NCBI GenBank assembly: GCA_013822245.1
Contig: PNKE01000055.1
Span: 597 to 64,596 of the forward strand
DNA: 64,000 nucleotides
Direction: 5' to 3'
DNA from: Candidatus Solibacter sp.
Lineage (GTDB): Bacteria > Acidobacteriota > Terriglobia > Bryobacterales > Bryobacteraceae
Under the pieces are notes generated by a model. It saw nothing but the letters and a program-made list of their open reading frames with translations, ran no database searches and had not been told where the DNA came from. Shown here piece by piece: positions 1 through 9,309 of this stretch; the stretch's first letter is position 1, and each line of letters opens with the position of its first letter. A program made the translations under genes and the position numbers.

Positions 1-1256
1 TCTCGCTCACGCTGCTCCCCTTCGTCCTTCTGCCCACCGCGCGGCTCGGCAAGCGCATCCGCCGGACAACGAGAACCGCCCAGGACAACGCCGCCGACAT
101 GAGCCAGATCCTCCAGGAGACCTTTTCCGGCTATGCCGTCGTTAAGGCCTTTCTTTCCGAGAAGATGGAAGCCTCCAAGTTCCGCGCCGCCGCTCATCAA
201 CTGAAGAAATCCAACCTCCGCTACATCGCCTTCCAGGCCCTGCCATCGCCCATCATCGAGTTCCTCGGCGCCCTCACCATCGTCGGCCTGCTCACCTACG
301 CCCGCACCCAGATCAAGGCCGGCGAGATGACGTCGGGCCAGTTCACCGGCTTCGTCATCGCCCTGCTGCTGCTCTACGAACCCGTCAAACGCCTCACCGG
401 CATCCATAACATCTTCCAGCAGGCCATCGGCGCCTCCCAGCGCGTCTTTGAGTACATTGACCGCCGCCAGCGCATCATCGACAATCCGTCGCTGCCCGCT
501 CTCAAACCCTTCGAGCGCGAAATCCTGTTCCAGAACATCAGCTTCCGCTACCCCGGCGCCACCAACGGCTTCGGACTCGACGGCCTCACGCTGGAAGTCC
601 AGCGCGGCCAGATCGTCGCCCTGGTCGGCCCCAGTGGATCTGGCAAGTCTACTATTGTCAGTCTTTTACCGAGATTCTATGATGTGGACGATGGAGCCGT
701 TCTCATCGACGGAGTTGACATCCGCCACGTCCGCCTGGCCTCGCTCCGCCGCCAGATCGCCATCGTCAGCCAGGAGAACTTCCTGTTCAACGACACCGTG
801 GCCAACAACATCCTCTACGGCCGCCCCGACGCCTCCCCCGAGGAGATCCGCACCGCCGCCGACAACGCCCTCGCCGGCGAATTCATTGCCGAAATGCCCG
901 CCGGTTACGATACCGTGATCGGCGAACGCGGCGCCAAACTCAGCGGCGGACAGCGCCAGCGCATCGCCATCGCCCGCGCCCTGCTCAGCAACGCCCCCAT
1001 CCTCATCCTCGACGAAGCCACCTCGGCGCTGGATACGGAGAGTGAAGCACTGGTTCAAAAAGCACTCGCTAACCTGATGCAAAATAAGACAACTATCGTT
1101 ATCGCCCACCGCCTGTCCACCATCCGCCGCGCCGACCGCATCGTCGTCATCGACTCCGGCCGCATCGTCGAAACCGGCACCCACGACCAACTGCTCGCCC
1201 AAAACGGCATCTACCAGCGCCTGCACGAACTTCAATTCCTCGACCTGGAGCACTAA
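1..1256 (+). CDS. ABC transporter ATP-binding/permease protein, MsbA/lipid-exporter-like (5' end outside window)
   Basis: The frame is open from nt 3, upstream of the listed ATG at 99, and the translation continues a TM domain. Walker A GPSGSGKST, ABC signature LSGGQRQR, Walker B ILILDEATSALD, H-loop AHRLST. Confidence 0.9.
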   Translation, partial: SLTLLPFVLLPTARLGKRIRRTTRTAQDNAADMSQILQETFSGYAVVKAFLSEKMEASKFRAAAHQLKKSNLRYIAFQALPSPIIEFLGALTIVGLLTYARTQIKAGEMTSGQFTGFVIALLLLYEPVKRLTGIHNIFQQAIGASQRVFEYIDRRQRIIDNPSLPALKPFEREILFQNISFRYPGATNGFGLDGLTLEVQRGQIVALVGPSGSGKSTIVSLLPRFYDVDDGAVLIDGVDIRHVRLASLRRQIAIVSQENFLFNDTVANNILYGRPDASPEEIRTAADNALAGEFIAEMPAGYDTVIGERGAKLSGGQRQRIAIARALLSNAPILILDEATSALDTESEALVQKALANLMQNKTTIVIAHRLSTIRRADRIVVIDSGRIVETGTHDQLLAQNGIYQRLHELQFLDLEH

Positions 1257-1260
1257 TCCC

Positions 1261-2154
1261 ATGAGCATCCGCAGCATGACAGGCTTTGCCCGCATCCGCC
1301 GATCTTCCCCGGCGGGCGAGGCCGTCGCCACGATCAAGAGCGTCAACCACCGCGCCCTCGACCTCCACCTCCATCTCGCCGCCGAACTCGAAGCCATCGA
1401 ACCGCGGGTCCGCGACCTGGCGCGCAGGCATGTCCGCCGCGGCCACGTCGACATCCGCCTCTCTTTCGTCCCCGCCCACTCCAAGGGCCAGACGGCCTTC
1501 AACCGCGCCCTGTTCGAAACCTGGCTCGCCACGTTCGACATCGCCTCCAATGAATACAACGTCCACTCCACCCCAGACCTCAACCAGGCCCTCCTCATCC
1601 CCGGTATGCTCGCCGCCTCCCGCGATGCCGATCTGCCCGAGGACGTCGAAGCGCTGGCGCTCGGCGCGCTCGATGACGCCTTCGCCGCCCACGCCGGGTT
1701 CCGTGCCAGGGAAGGTGCGCAACTCGTTGATTTGATGAAGGAAGCCAACGCGAGAGTTCGTTCGGCAGCCGGCGAAATCGCCGCGCTGCGCGATCAGGTC
1801 CTGCCCTATATGCGCCAGCGTCTCGAAGACCGCCTCACCGAACTGCTCGCCAAGAACCTCCCCAATCCCGACCGCCTCGCCCAGGAAGCCGCCGTCCTCG
1901 CCGACCGCAGCGACATCGCCGAAGAGATCGGCCGCCTCTCCGTCCACGCCGCCGAACTCGACCAGATGCTCACCTCCGGCGTCGAAATCGGCAAGAAACT
2001 CGACTTCCTCCTCCAGGAGATGAACCGCGAAACCAACACCATCCTGTCGAAGTCCTCCGGCGCGGGTGAAATCGGCCTCCGCGTCACCGGCCTCGGCCTT
2101 GACGCCAAAACCAACATCGAACGCATCCGCGAACAGGGGTTGAACATCGAATGA
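1261..2154 (+). CDS. yicC: YicC family stress-induced protein
   Basis: Canonical N-terminus MSIRSMTGFAR and C-terminal EMNRETNTILSKS motif. The stop overlaps the gmk start (ATGA). Confidence 0.85.
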   Translation: MSIRSMTGFARIRRSSPAGEAVATIKSVNHRALDLHLHLAAELEAIEPRVRDLARRHVRRGHVDIRLSFVPAHSKGQTAFNRALFETWLATFDIASNEYNVHSTPDLNQALLIPGMLAASRDADLPEDVEALALGALDDAFAAHAGFRAREGAQLVDLMKEANARVRSAAGEIAALRDQVLPYMRQRLEDRLTELLAKNLPNPDRLAQEAAVLADRSDIAEEIGRLSVHAAELDQMLTSGVEIGKKLDFLLQEMNRETNTILSKSSGAGEIGLRVTGLGLDAKTNIERIREQGLNIE

Positions 2155-2771
2155 GCCTCGTTTTTGTCATCTCCGCCCCCTCCGGCTCGGGCAAGTCCAC
2201 CCTCGTCGAGCAGATGCTCAAGGAAGACCCTAAGCTCAAGTTCTCAACGTCTTACACCACCCGCAACCGCACCGCCCAGGACCGCGAGGGCTTCCACTAT
2301 AACTTCACCTCCAAGGACGCCTTTGAGCGGATGGTCTCCAACAACGAATTCCTCGAATGGGCCGAGGTCCACGGCAACTACTACGGCACCCACCGCTCGG
2401 TGCTCGATGAGGCAAACAAGCAGGGGAGGGATCTTCTCCTCGACATCGACGTTCAGGGTGCGCGACAATTGAAGGAGACGATTCCGGACGCGGTCCGCAT
2501 CTTCATTCTGGCCCCTTCGCGTGGAGAACTGGAGACAAGGCTGCGCCGCCGGCAACGGGATTCGGATGCCGTCATCAGGCTCCGCGTCGCCCGCGCCGCG
2601 CAGGAGATCGAAGGCTTCGGCGATTACCATTACGTGATCGTCAACGATGATGTCGTGACCGCCGGCAACCAGCTCCGGTCCATCATTCAGGCCGAGCGCC
2701 GGCGTTCGCGGTTGACTTCGGTTCGCCAGGAAGTGGCGGCCATCCTTGAGACCTTCAAGGAGCCCGCCTGA
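2151..2771 (+). CDS. gmk: Guanylate kinase
   Basis: P-loop SAPSGSGKST, YTTRNRTAQDREG, EWAEVHGNYYGT. Conserved yicC-gmk-rpoZ order. Confidence 0.9.
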   Translation: MSLVFVISAPSGSGKSTLVEQMLKEDPKLKFSTSYTTRNRTAQDREGFHYNFTSKDAFERMVSNNEFLEWAEVHGNYYGTHRSVLDEANKQGRDLLLDIDVQGARQLKETIPDAVRIFILAPSRGELETRLRRRQRDSDAVIRLRVARAAQEIEGFGDYHYVIVNDDVVTAGNQLRSIIQAERRRSRLTSVRQEVAAILETFKEPA

Positions 2772-2793
2772 GCAGTGAGATAGAGCAGGAACT

Positions 2794-3036
2794 ATGGAAA
2801 AAGCGATTCGCACTCCGATTTATGCCGTTCCGGACGATCCGGACCAGAGCACCTACCGTTTCATCATCATTTCGGCCAAACGCGCCCGGCAGCTCCAGTC
2901 CGGAGCACGCTCCTTCCTGCCCTCCACGGTGAAAAAACCCACCGTCGCCGCCATGGAAGAGGTGCGCCGCGGCCTGGTCTCCTGGTACGACGCATCCCTC
3001 CAGGCGCCCGAAACCGCGGGCGAAGAAACCCTCTAA
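2794..3036 (+). CDS. rpoZ: DNA-directed RNA polymerase subunit omega
   Basis: 80 aa. The YRFIIISAKRARQLQSG core matches the omega family, and the gene sits directly after gmk. Confidence 0.8.
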   Translation: MEKAIRTPIYAVPDDPDQSTYRFIIISAKRARQLQSGARSFLPSTVKKPTVAAMEEVRRGLVSWYDASLQAPETAGEETL

Positions 3037-3045
3037 ACTCGTGTC

Positions 3046-4284
3046 ATGACGGGCCCGGAACCCATCCCGGTCGTCCTTGGCGTCGGCGGCGGCATCGCGG
3101 CCTACAAAGCCGCCGAACTCGCCCGCGCCCTGGTCAAGGACAACTGCCGCGTCCAGACCGTCATGACCGCCGCCGCCCGCGAATTCATCACCCCGCTTAC
3201 CCTCGCCGCCCTAACGTCCAATAAGGTCATTACGGACCTGTTTTCCGACCGCGGCGCCGATGAAATTCTCGCCTCCGCCGTCGAGCACATCCAGGTCGCC
3301 CGCACCCATCGGATGCTCATCGTCGCTCCGGCCACCGCCGACCTGCTCGCCAAATTCGCCCACGGACTCGCCGGCGACTTCCTCTCCACGCTCTATCTGG
3401 CTTTCGAGGGTGAAGTGGTCCTCTGCCCCGCCATGAACTCCGCCATGTGGGCCCACCCCGCCACGATCGAGAATCTCGCCAAACTCGCCGCCCGCCCCCG
3501 CCACCACATCATCCCGCCCGATTCCGGCGACCTCGCCTGCGGCACCACCGGGCCAGGCCGCCTCCCCGAACCCGCCGCCATCGCCGCCAAAGTCCACCGC
3601 ATCCTCCACCAGCGCCACGACCTCGACGGCGAGACAATCCTCATCACCGCCGGCCCCACCCGCGAACCCCTCGATCCGGTCCGCTTCATCTCCAATCGCT
3701 CCAGCGGCAAGATGGGCTACGCCATCGCCGAGGCCGCCGCCGAACGCGGCGCCCGCGTCATCCTGGTCTCCGGCCCCGTCCATATTCCCGTTCCGGAGGG
3801 CGTGGAACTGGTTGAGACCGAAACCGCCGCCCGGATGCACGATGCCGTGATGGAGCGTGTCGGCCAGGCATCCATTATCATCAAGGCCGCCGCCGTCGCC
3901 GACTACTACGTCGCCGCCGTCCCCAATCAGAAGGTCAAGAAGACGGCCATGCGCCTCTCGCTTGAACTCGACCCCACCCCCGACATCCTCGCCGAAATCG
4001 GCCGCGTCAAAACCGACCAGATCCTCATCGGCTTCGCCGCCGAAACCCAGAACATGGTCGACGAAGCCCGCCGCAAGCTCAAGACCAAGAACTGCGACAT
4101 GGTTGTCGCCAACCTTGTCAACCAGGACGGCACCGGCTTCGAATCAGACGACAACGAAGTCGCCCTTGTCCCGGCTGAAGGCGACGTTGTCCGCCTCGAC
4201 CGGGCGCCCAAACGCCTGCTGGCCGATCAGATCCTGGACCGCGTCCTGGGCCTTCGCCTCCAGCGTCATGCCCGGGGCCGGTAA
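3046..4284 (+). CDS. coaBC: Bifunctional phosphopantothenoylcysteine decarboxylase / phosphopantothenate-cysteine ligase
   Basis: N-terminal flavoprotein domain (GVGGGIAAYKA, MNSAMW). C-terminal ligase domain (ITAGPTREPLDPVRFISNRSSGKMG, AAAVADY). Confidence 0.9.
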   Translation: MTGPEPIPVVLGVGGGIAAYKAAELARALVKDNCRVQTVMTAAAREFITPLTLAALTSNKVITDLFSDRGADEILASAVEHIQVARTHRMLIVAPATADLLAKFAHGLAGDFLSTLYLAFEGEVVLCPAMNSAMWAHPATIENLAKLAARPRHHIIPPDSGDLACGTTGPGRLPEPAAIAAKVHRILHQRHDLDGETILITAGPTREPLDPVRFISNRSSGKMGYAIAEAAAERGARVILVSGPVHIPVPEGVELVETETAARMHDAVMERVGQASIIIKAAAVADYYVAAVPNQKVKKTAMRLSLELDPTPDILAEIGRVKTDQILIGFAAETQNMVDEARRKLKTKNCDMVVANLVNQDGTGFESDDNEVALVPAEGDVVRLDRAPKRLLADQILDRVLGLRLQRHARGR

Positions 4285-4291
4285 CCTTACC

Positions 4292-5107
4292 ATGGCGCAG
4301 GAGATCGACAGGGTAGCTCTCAATCGGCGGTTGGAGTTCTATCGCGACCTCGGCATTAAAACCCTCTGGTCCGGCCCGTCCGCCGGCTCTGCCTCATCCC
4401 AGCCCGAAACCGCCGCCGAACCACCCCCAGTCGCCCTGCCTGCCACTGAGACTACTGCGAACGCCTTAGCCCCCCAGAACCAACGGATTGTCCCAATTCA
4501 GGTGAATTCTCCCCTGCCTCCCATGCTTCCCGAGGATGACAATCTGGAGAGAATCGTCCAAGATATGGGTGACTGCACTCGCTGCCGCCTGGGCCGGACT
4601 AGACAACGGATCGTATTCGGTTCCGGGAATCCGGAGGCGCGGCTGGTGTTTGTCGGTGAAGGTCCCGGGGCCGACGAGGACGAGCAAGGCCTGCCTTTCG
4701 TCGGCCGCGCCGGGCAGCTTCTCACCCAGATGATCGACAATACCGCGGCCAGGGAGGGCCTCGCCATCCGCCGGCCGGACGTCTATATCTGCAACGTCAT
4801 CAAGTGCCGCCCCCCCGAAAACCGCACCCCTGAAGCCGACGAGATGGAGGTCTGCGGCCAGTTCCTGTTCCGCCAGATCATGGTGATCCGCCCCAAGGCC
4901 ATCGTCGCCCTCGGCGGCACCGCCGCCAAGGCTCTGCTCGATCTGAAAACCGGCATCACCAAGGCCCGCGGCCAGTGGCACGCCTGGCGCGACATCCCCG
5001 TCATGCCCACCTACCACCCGTCTTACCTGCTGCGTCCCTACAACCAGAACGCCAAGCGCGAATGCTGGGAAGATCTCAAGAAGGTGCTCCACTTTGTCTA
5101 TGACTGA
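4292..5107 (+). CDS. Uracil-DNA glycosylase, family 4
   Basis: I use the in-frame ATG at 4292, just after the coaBC stop, because the track start at 3857 would overlap coaBC by >400 nt. Motifs GEGPGADEDEQGLPFVGRAGQLL and HPSYLLR, plus a CTRCRL Cys cluster. Confidence 0.85.
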   Translation: MAQEIDRVALNRRLEFYRDLGIKTLWSGPSAGSASSQPETAAEPPPVALPATETTANALAPQNQRIVPIQVNSPLPPMLPEDDNLERIVQDMGDCTRCRLGRTRQRIVFGSGNPEARLVFVGEGPGADEDEQGLPFVGRAGQLLTQMIDNTAAREGLAIRRPDVYICNVIKCRPPENRTPEADEMEVCGQFLFRQIMVIRPKAIVALGGTAAKALLDLKTGITKARGQWHAWRDIPVMPTYHPSYLLRPYNQNAKRECWEDLKKVLHFVYD

Positions 5108-5759
5108 GCGCCGCCGCGGCTATTTCATCACCTTCGAGGGCCTGGACGGGTCAGGCAAATCCACCCAGATGCGCCTGTTCGCCCAGCGCCTCCGCGCCGC
5201 CGGCCACACCGTCGTTGAAACCGCCGAACCCGGCGGCACCCGCATCGGCGGCGCCATCCGCTCGATCCTGCTCAACCCCAAAAACCAGGACCTCAGCCCC
5301 ACGGCCGAGATGCTGCTCTACTTCGCCGCCCGCGCCCAGAACGTGGATGAACTCCTGCTGCCCGCCCTCGGCCGCGGCGAAATCGTCCTGTCCGACCGCT
5401 GGACCGATTCCACTTACGCCTATCAGGGCCACGGGCGGCAACTGGGAACCGGAGTCGTCGTCGCGCTGGACCGCGTCGCCTGCCGCGGCCATAACCCCGA
5501 CTTGACCATCTGGGTCGATATCGATCTCGACGCCGGCCTGGAGCGCGCCCGCGCCCGTAACAACGAAACCGGCGCCACATCGGAAAGCCGCATGGACGAG
5601 CAGGAGTTCGAATTCTACGCCCGCGTCCGTGAAGGCTATCTCGAACTCGAACGGCTCCACCCCGGCCGCCTCCGCCGCGTCGACGGCTCAGGCACGCCCG
5701 ATCAGGTCGCCGAACGCGTCTGGTCCGCATGGAGGGGCTTCGCCGATTCCCATGTTTGA
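5094..5759 (+). CDS. tmk: Thymidylate kinase
   Basis: FITFEGLDGSGKSTQ P-loop and DRWTDSTYAYQG. 14-nt overlap with the upstream gene. Confidence 0.9.
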   Translation: MSMTERRRGYFITFEGLDGSGKSTQMRLFAQRLRAAGHTVVETAEPGGTRIGGAIRSILLNPKNQDLSPTAEMLLYFAARAQNVDELLLPALGRGEIVLSDRWTDSTYAYQGHGRQLGTGVVVALDRVACRGHNPDLTIWVDIDLDAGLERARARNNETGATSESRMDEQEFEFYARVREGYLELERLHPGRLRRVDGSGTPDQVAERVWSAWRGFADSHV

Positions 5760-6834
5760 AGGTTTTCATGGCAACCAGGCCGCCCAGGAAACTCTGGAGC
5801 GCATGATCGCCTCGCACCGCATCCCGCAAACCCTGCTCATCTCCGGGCCCGAAGGCGTCGGCAAAGCCACGCTCGCCCGCCGCTTCGCCCAGCGCCTCCT
5901 CGACCACCCCGAACGCATCGACGCCGACGACCTCTCGCTCGAAGCCAACCGGACGGTGATCTCCGAACGCGAAAAGTGGACCAGCGAAAAACGCTCCGAG
6001 GAACCCCTGCTGTTCTCCACCCACCCCGATTTCACGACATTTTGCCCCGAAGGCCCGCTGCGCCAGATCTCGATCCAGCAGATGCGTCTGCTCCGGGAGC
6101 GCGCCCAGCGCCTGCCGCTCAAAGGCAAGTGGAAGGTCTTCCTCATCGATCAGATCGACCGCACCAGCCAGCAGTCATCCGACTCCCTGCTCAAAACCCT
6201 CGAAGAGCCCCCGCCCCACCTCATCCTGTTCGCCACCGCCGAAAACGCCTACGACCTGCCCCCCACCATCCGCTCCCGCTCGGTCCAGATCTCCATGTCC
6301 CCGCTGCCGGACTCCGAGGTCCGCGCTTTTCTCAATTTCCGCCACGCCTCCGACATCGGCAAACGCGTCGCCTATGCCGCCGGCAGCCCCGGCCTTGCCC
6401 TCTCGCTCGATCTCGACGTCTATGAGAAACGCCGCGCCGCCATGCTCGCCCTGCTCGAAGCCGCCTCCGGCGCCGCCCACTTCGCCGCCTGGGTCAAAGC
6501 CTCGGAATCCCTGCTGGCCTCGAAATCCGAAAAACTCGACCTCTACTTCCGCCCCCTCTACGGCCTGCTCGAAGACCTGCTCGGCCTGCACTCCGGCTCG
6601 GAATCCCTCCGCAACCGCGATTTGCTCGACCGCCTGTCTGCCGTCGCCGCCCGCATCAGCTTCGACTGGCTGCGCCAGGCCGTCGAACTCACCGACGAAC
6701 TGGTCACCCTCCAGCGCCGCAACGTCCAGAAAGGCCCCTCGCTCGACAACCTCGTCCTCAAGCTGCGCGGCAGCCTGGCACGCGCGACAACCGAGCCGGC
6801 TCAAGCACCCCGCGCCACTTCTCGCCCAGTTTGA
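5752..6834 (+). CDS. holB: DNA polymerase III subunit delta'
   Basis: Internal ATG at 5752 (8-nt overlap with the tmk stop). LLISGPEGVGKATLARRFAQRLL P-loop, KVFLIDQIDR, LLKTLEEPP, TIRSRS. Typical tmk-holB adjacency. Confidence 0.8.
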   Translation: MFEGFHGNQAAQETLERMIASHRIPQTLLISGPEGVGKATLARRFAQRLLDHPERIDADDLSLEANRTVISEREKWTSEKRSEEPLLFSTHPDFTTFCPEGPLRQISIQQMRLLRERAQRLPLKGKWKVFLIDQIDRTSQQSSDSLLKTLEEPPPHLILFATAENAYDLPPTIRSRSVQISMSPLPDSEVRAFLNFRHASDIGKRVAYAAGSPGLALSLDLDVYEKRRAAMLALLEAASGAAHFAAWVKASESLLASKSEKLDLYFRPLYGLLEDLLGLHSGSESLRNRDLLDRLSAVAARISFDWLRQAVELTDELVTLQRRNVQKGPSLDNLVLKLRGSLARATTEPAQAPRATSRPV

Positions 6835-7267
6835 CCTGCGCCGCAATCCACTGCTGGCTGTCGTCCACCCGCCAGTCTTCCTTCCTGATCCGTTCTATCC
6901 GCGAGATCGAATCGGCAATGATGGCGAAACTGGGCAGGATGGCCGAATCCGGATGCGCCAGCAGCACCAGACAACTTCGCGCACCGACGGGACTTGTCCG
7001 CAAACCCAGCAACTGATGCACGGAAACCAGCGGCATCACCCGCCCCTCAACCCGCGCCAGCATCTGGCCGTCGGCGCCCATCGTCATCATCCCCGCCTCG
7101 GCCCCGCGCAACGCCACCATTGCGCGCACCGCCGCCGATGGAATCGCGAACTCGCGCCCGGCCAGCCGCACCACCAGATAGTTGCCCGCCCCGCTCCGGC
7201 TTACTGCATCGTCAGTATCGCCGTCTGCCGGCCCGTGCTGTTGTTCTCGCTGCCGGGAATCAGACAT
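6758..7267 (-). CDS. cheW: CheW-like chemotaxis coupling protein
   Basis: CheW-domain pattern YLVVRLAGREFAIPSAAVRAMV ... LVLL ... IIADSISRIERI. I chose the start at MSDSRQ (internal ATG). Last gene of the cheY-cheX-cheW string. Confidence 0.7.
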   Translation of the reverse strand: MSDSRQREQQHGPADGDTDDAVSRSGAGNYLVVRLAGREFAIPSAAVRAMVALRGAEAGMMTMGADGQMLARVEGRVMPLVSVHQLLGLRTSPVGARSCLVLLAHPDSAILPSFAIIADSISRIERIRKEDWRVDDSQQWIAAQVKLGEKWRGVLEPARLSRVPGCRAA

Positions 7268-7719
7268 AGGTGGACCTCCACTTTCGTGCCCAAACAGTTG
7301 AACGGCACCACCACCCACTCGTTGCGCCCCACGCTGCGCGTCGTGAAATTGCGGCCGTATATCACCGTCGGGATGCTCAACCCCATCGGCCCGTACTCCT
7401 CCTCGATCGTCGTCTTCACGTTGCCGATGATCATGTTGGTCACTTCGCCCACCGCATCCAGCACGTCGTCATCCACCGCCGCGTACTCCTGCATCAACAT
7501 CGTCCCCGCGATCTTACGCGCTCCGTCGGCCGACGCCGAAAACGTGCCCGTGCCCACCCAGCGGCCCGCCAGGCCAACGATCGCCACCACGCCGTCTATC
7601 GGCTCCGGCGCCGATTGCCCCACGCTGGCCTCGCCATCGGCCAGTTCGATGCCCAGCATCGTCCCGAATACCTCATGCGTCGCCGCGCGGATCATCTCCA
7701 CTAGTTTTTCCTGCTGCAT
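7201..7719 (-). CDS. cheX: CheX-type chemotaxis phosphatase
   Basis: The N-terminal HEVFGTMLG, the GVVAIVGLAGRWVGT segment and the GEVTNMIIGNVKT motif are characteristic of the CheX/CheC-like family. Confidence 0.7.
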   Translation of the reverse strand: MQQEKLVEMIRAATHEVFGTMLGIELADGEASVGQSAPEPIDGVVAIVGLAGRWVGTGTFSASADGARKIAGTMLMQEYAAVDDDVLDAVGEVTNMIIGNVKTTIEEEYGPMGLSIPTVIYGRNFTTRSVGRNEWVVVPFNCLGTKVEVHLCLIPGSENNSTGRQTAILTMQ

Positions 7720-7765
7720 ACTGTTCTCCCACTGCCTCCGGGCTTCTCTGCTGGCCGGACTGGGC

Positions 7766-8137
7766 CTATATGATCCCGATCAATTTCTCCTTGATCTGCT
7801 CCGCCGTGAACGGCTTCCTCACATACCCCACCGCCCCGAGATTCACCGCCTCCATCACCTTCGAACTGCCGCCCTCGGTGGTCACCATGATCACCGGCAC
7901 GTCCTTGATCCCGGCCGTCGCTTTGACGGCGCTCAAAAACTGCAGGCCGTCCATGTTCGGCATGTTGATGTCGGACAGTATCAGGCCGACCTTATTGGTC
8001 TTCAACGCCTCCAGCGCCTCCACCCCGTCGCCGGCTTCAACCACCCTGCCCAAAGGAACATCCGCCTGGACCAGAACCCGGTGCAGAATCTTCCGGATCG
8101 CCGCGGAGTCATCCACAATCAGCACATCGATCGCCAT
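7766..8137 (-). CDS. cheY: CheY-like single-domain response regulator
   Basis: 123 aa receiver: VLIVDDS, phospho-acceptor context LILSDINMPNMDG, VIMVTTEG, YVRKPF. GGAGG lies ~10 nt upstream of the ATG. Confidence 0.85.
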   Translation of the reverse strand: MAIDVLIVDDSAAIRKILHRVLVQADVPLGRVVEAGDGVEALEALKTNKVGLILSDINMPNMDGLQFLSAVKATAGIKDVPVIMVTTEGGSSKVMEAVNLGAVGYVRKPFTAEQIKEKLIGII

Positions 8138-8202
8138 TGGCGCGTAACCTCCAGTTGTTCACTGGATGGCTCATCGGCAGCAGATGGCGGCGGTTGAGTG
8201 AA

Positions 8203-8237
8203 TTACAAAAGGAAAGGCCGGCTCCGGCTATCCGGCC
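8203..8237 (-). terminator. Putative intrinsic terminator after the dehydrogenase gene (hairpin includes its stop codon)
   Basis: On the minus strand: GGCCGG-atagccggag-CCGGCC followed by tttccttttgt. Confidence 0.45.
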
Positions 8238-9286
8238 CGCCGCGACAGCTCCCCGGCAACCTCCGCCGTCGCCGCCTCCCCGCCCAGATCCCGCGTCAAC
8301 CCCTCGCCCGACGCCAGCGCCTCCCTCACCGCCCTCTCCATCGCCGCCGCGATCTCGGCCTCCCCCAGATGCTCCATCATCATCGCCGCCGCCAGCACCG
8401 TCCCCATCGGGTTGGCCACCCCCTTGCCCGCGATATCCGGAGCCGACCCATGCACCGGCTCAAACAGCGACGGCGCTTTCCGCCCCGGATCCAGGTTCGC
8501 CGACGGCGCCAGCCCGATCGATCCCGTCACCATCGCCGACAGATCGCTCAGTATGTCGCCAAACAGGTTCGACGCCACCACCACGTCAAACGCCCCCGGC
8601 CGTCTCACGAAATCCATCGCCGCCGCATCCACCAGCAGGCTCGCCGTCCCCACATCGGGATACTCCCCCGCCACCTCCCTGAACACCCTGTCCCACAGCA
8701 CCAGCCCAAACCCCTGCGCATTCGACTTCGTAATCGACGTCACATGCCCGCGCCGCCGCCGCGCCAGCTCAAACGCGTACCGGATAATCCGCTCCACCCC
8801 CGCGCGCGTGAAGATCGACGTCTGCACCGCCACCTCGCCCGGCATGTGATGGTACAGAAACCCGCCCGCCTGCGCATACTCGCCCTCGGTGTTCTCCCGC
8901 ACCACCACCATATCGATCGACCCCGGGCCGTACCCAACCAGCGGGCACTTCACCCCCTCATAGAGATACGCCGGCCTCACGTTGGCATACAGGTCAAACC
9001 CGCGCCGGATCGGCAGCAGCAGCCCGTTCAGCGTAATATGGTCCGGGATGTCGGGGTGGCCCACCGCGCCCATCAGGATCGCATCGTGCTGGCGCAGCCG
9101 CTCCAGCGCATCCACCGGCATCATCACTCCATGGCGGAAGTAATACTCCGACCCCCATTCGTAGCTGGTAAACTCCAGCCCCACCCCGCGCCCCCCGCAC
9201 GCGCTCTCCAGCACCTGCCGCGCCGCTGGAACCACTTCCATCCCGATCCCGTCACCCGGCAACAGCGCAATCGAATACCTCTTCAT
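8228..9286 (-). CDS. Tartrate/D-malate dehydrogenase-like enzyme (isocitrate/isopropylmalate dehydrogenase family)
   Basis: LLPGDGIG, VRENTEGEY, TKSNA and NLFGDILSD motifs. Overall pattern is closest to the tartrate dehydrogenase subgroup, judged from memory. Confidence 0.8.
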   Translation of the reverse strand: MKRYSIALLPGDGIGMEVVPAARQVLESACGGRGVGLEFTSYEWGSEYYFRHGVMMPVDALERLRQHDAILMGAVGHPDIPDHITLNGLLLPIRRGFDLYANVRPAYLYEGVKCPLVGYGPGSIDMVVVRENTEGEYAQAGGFLYHHMPGEVAVQTSIFTRAGVERIIRYAFELARRRRGHVTSITKSNAQGFGLVLWDRVFREVAGEYPDVGTASLLVDAAAMDFVRRPGAFDVVVASNLFGDILSDLSAMVTGSIGLAPSANLDPGRKAPSLFEPVHGSAPDIAGKGVANPMGTVLAAAMMMEHLGEAEIAAAMERAVREALASGEGLTRDLGGEAATAEVAGELSRRAG

Positions 9287-9309
9287 GGCTCCATGCTAGC
9301 CTGATCTCG

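Noticed and set aside
3857-4291. N-terminal extension of the uracil-DNA glycosylase ORF
   Set aside because: It overlaps the coaBC coding frame almost completely and is Pro/Ser/Thr/Arg-rich. The ATG at 4292, directly after the coaBC stop, gives a normal-length family-4 UDG.
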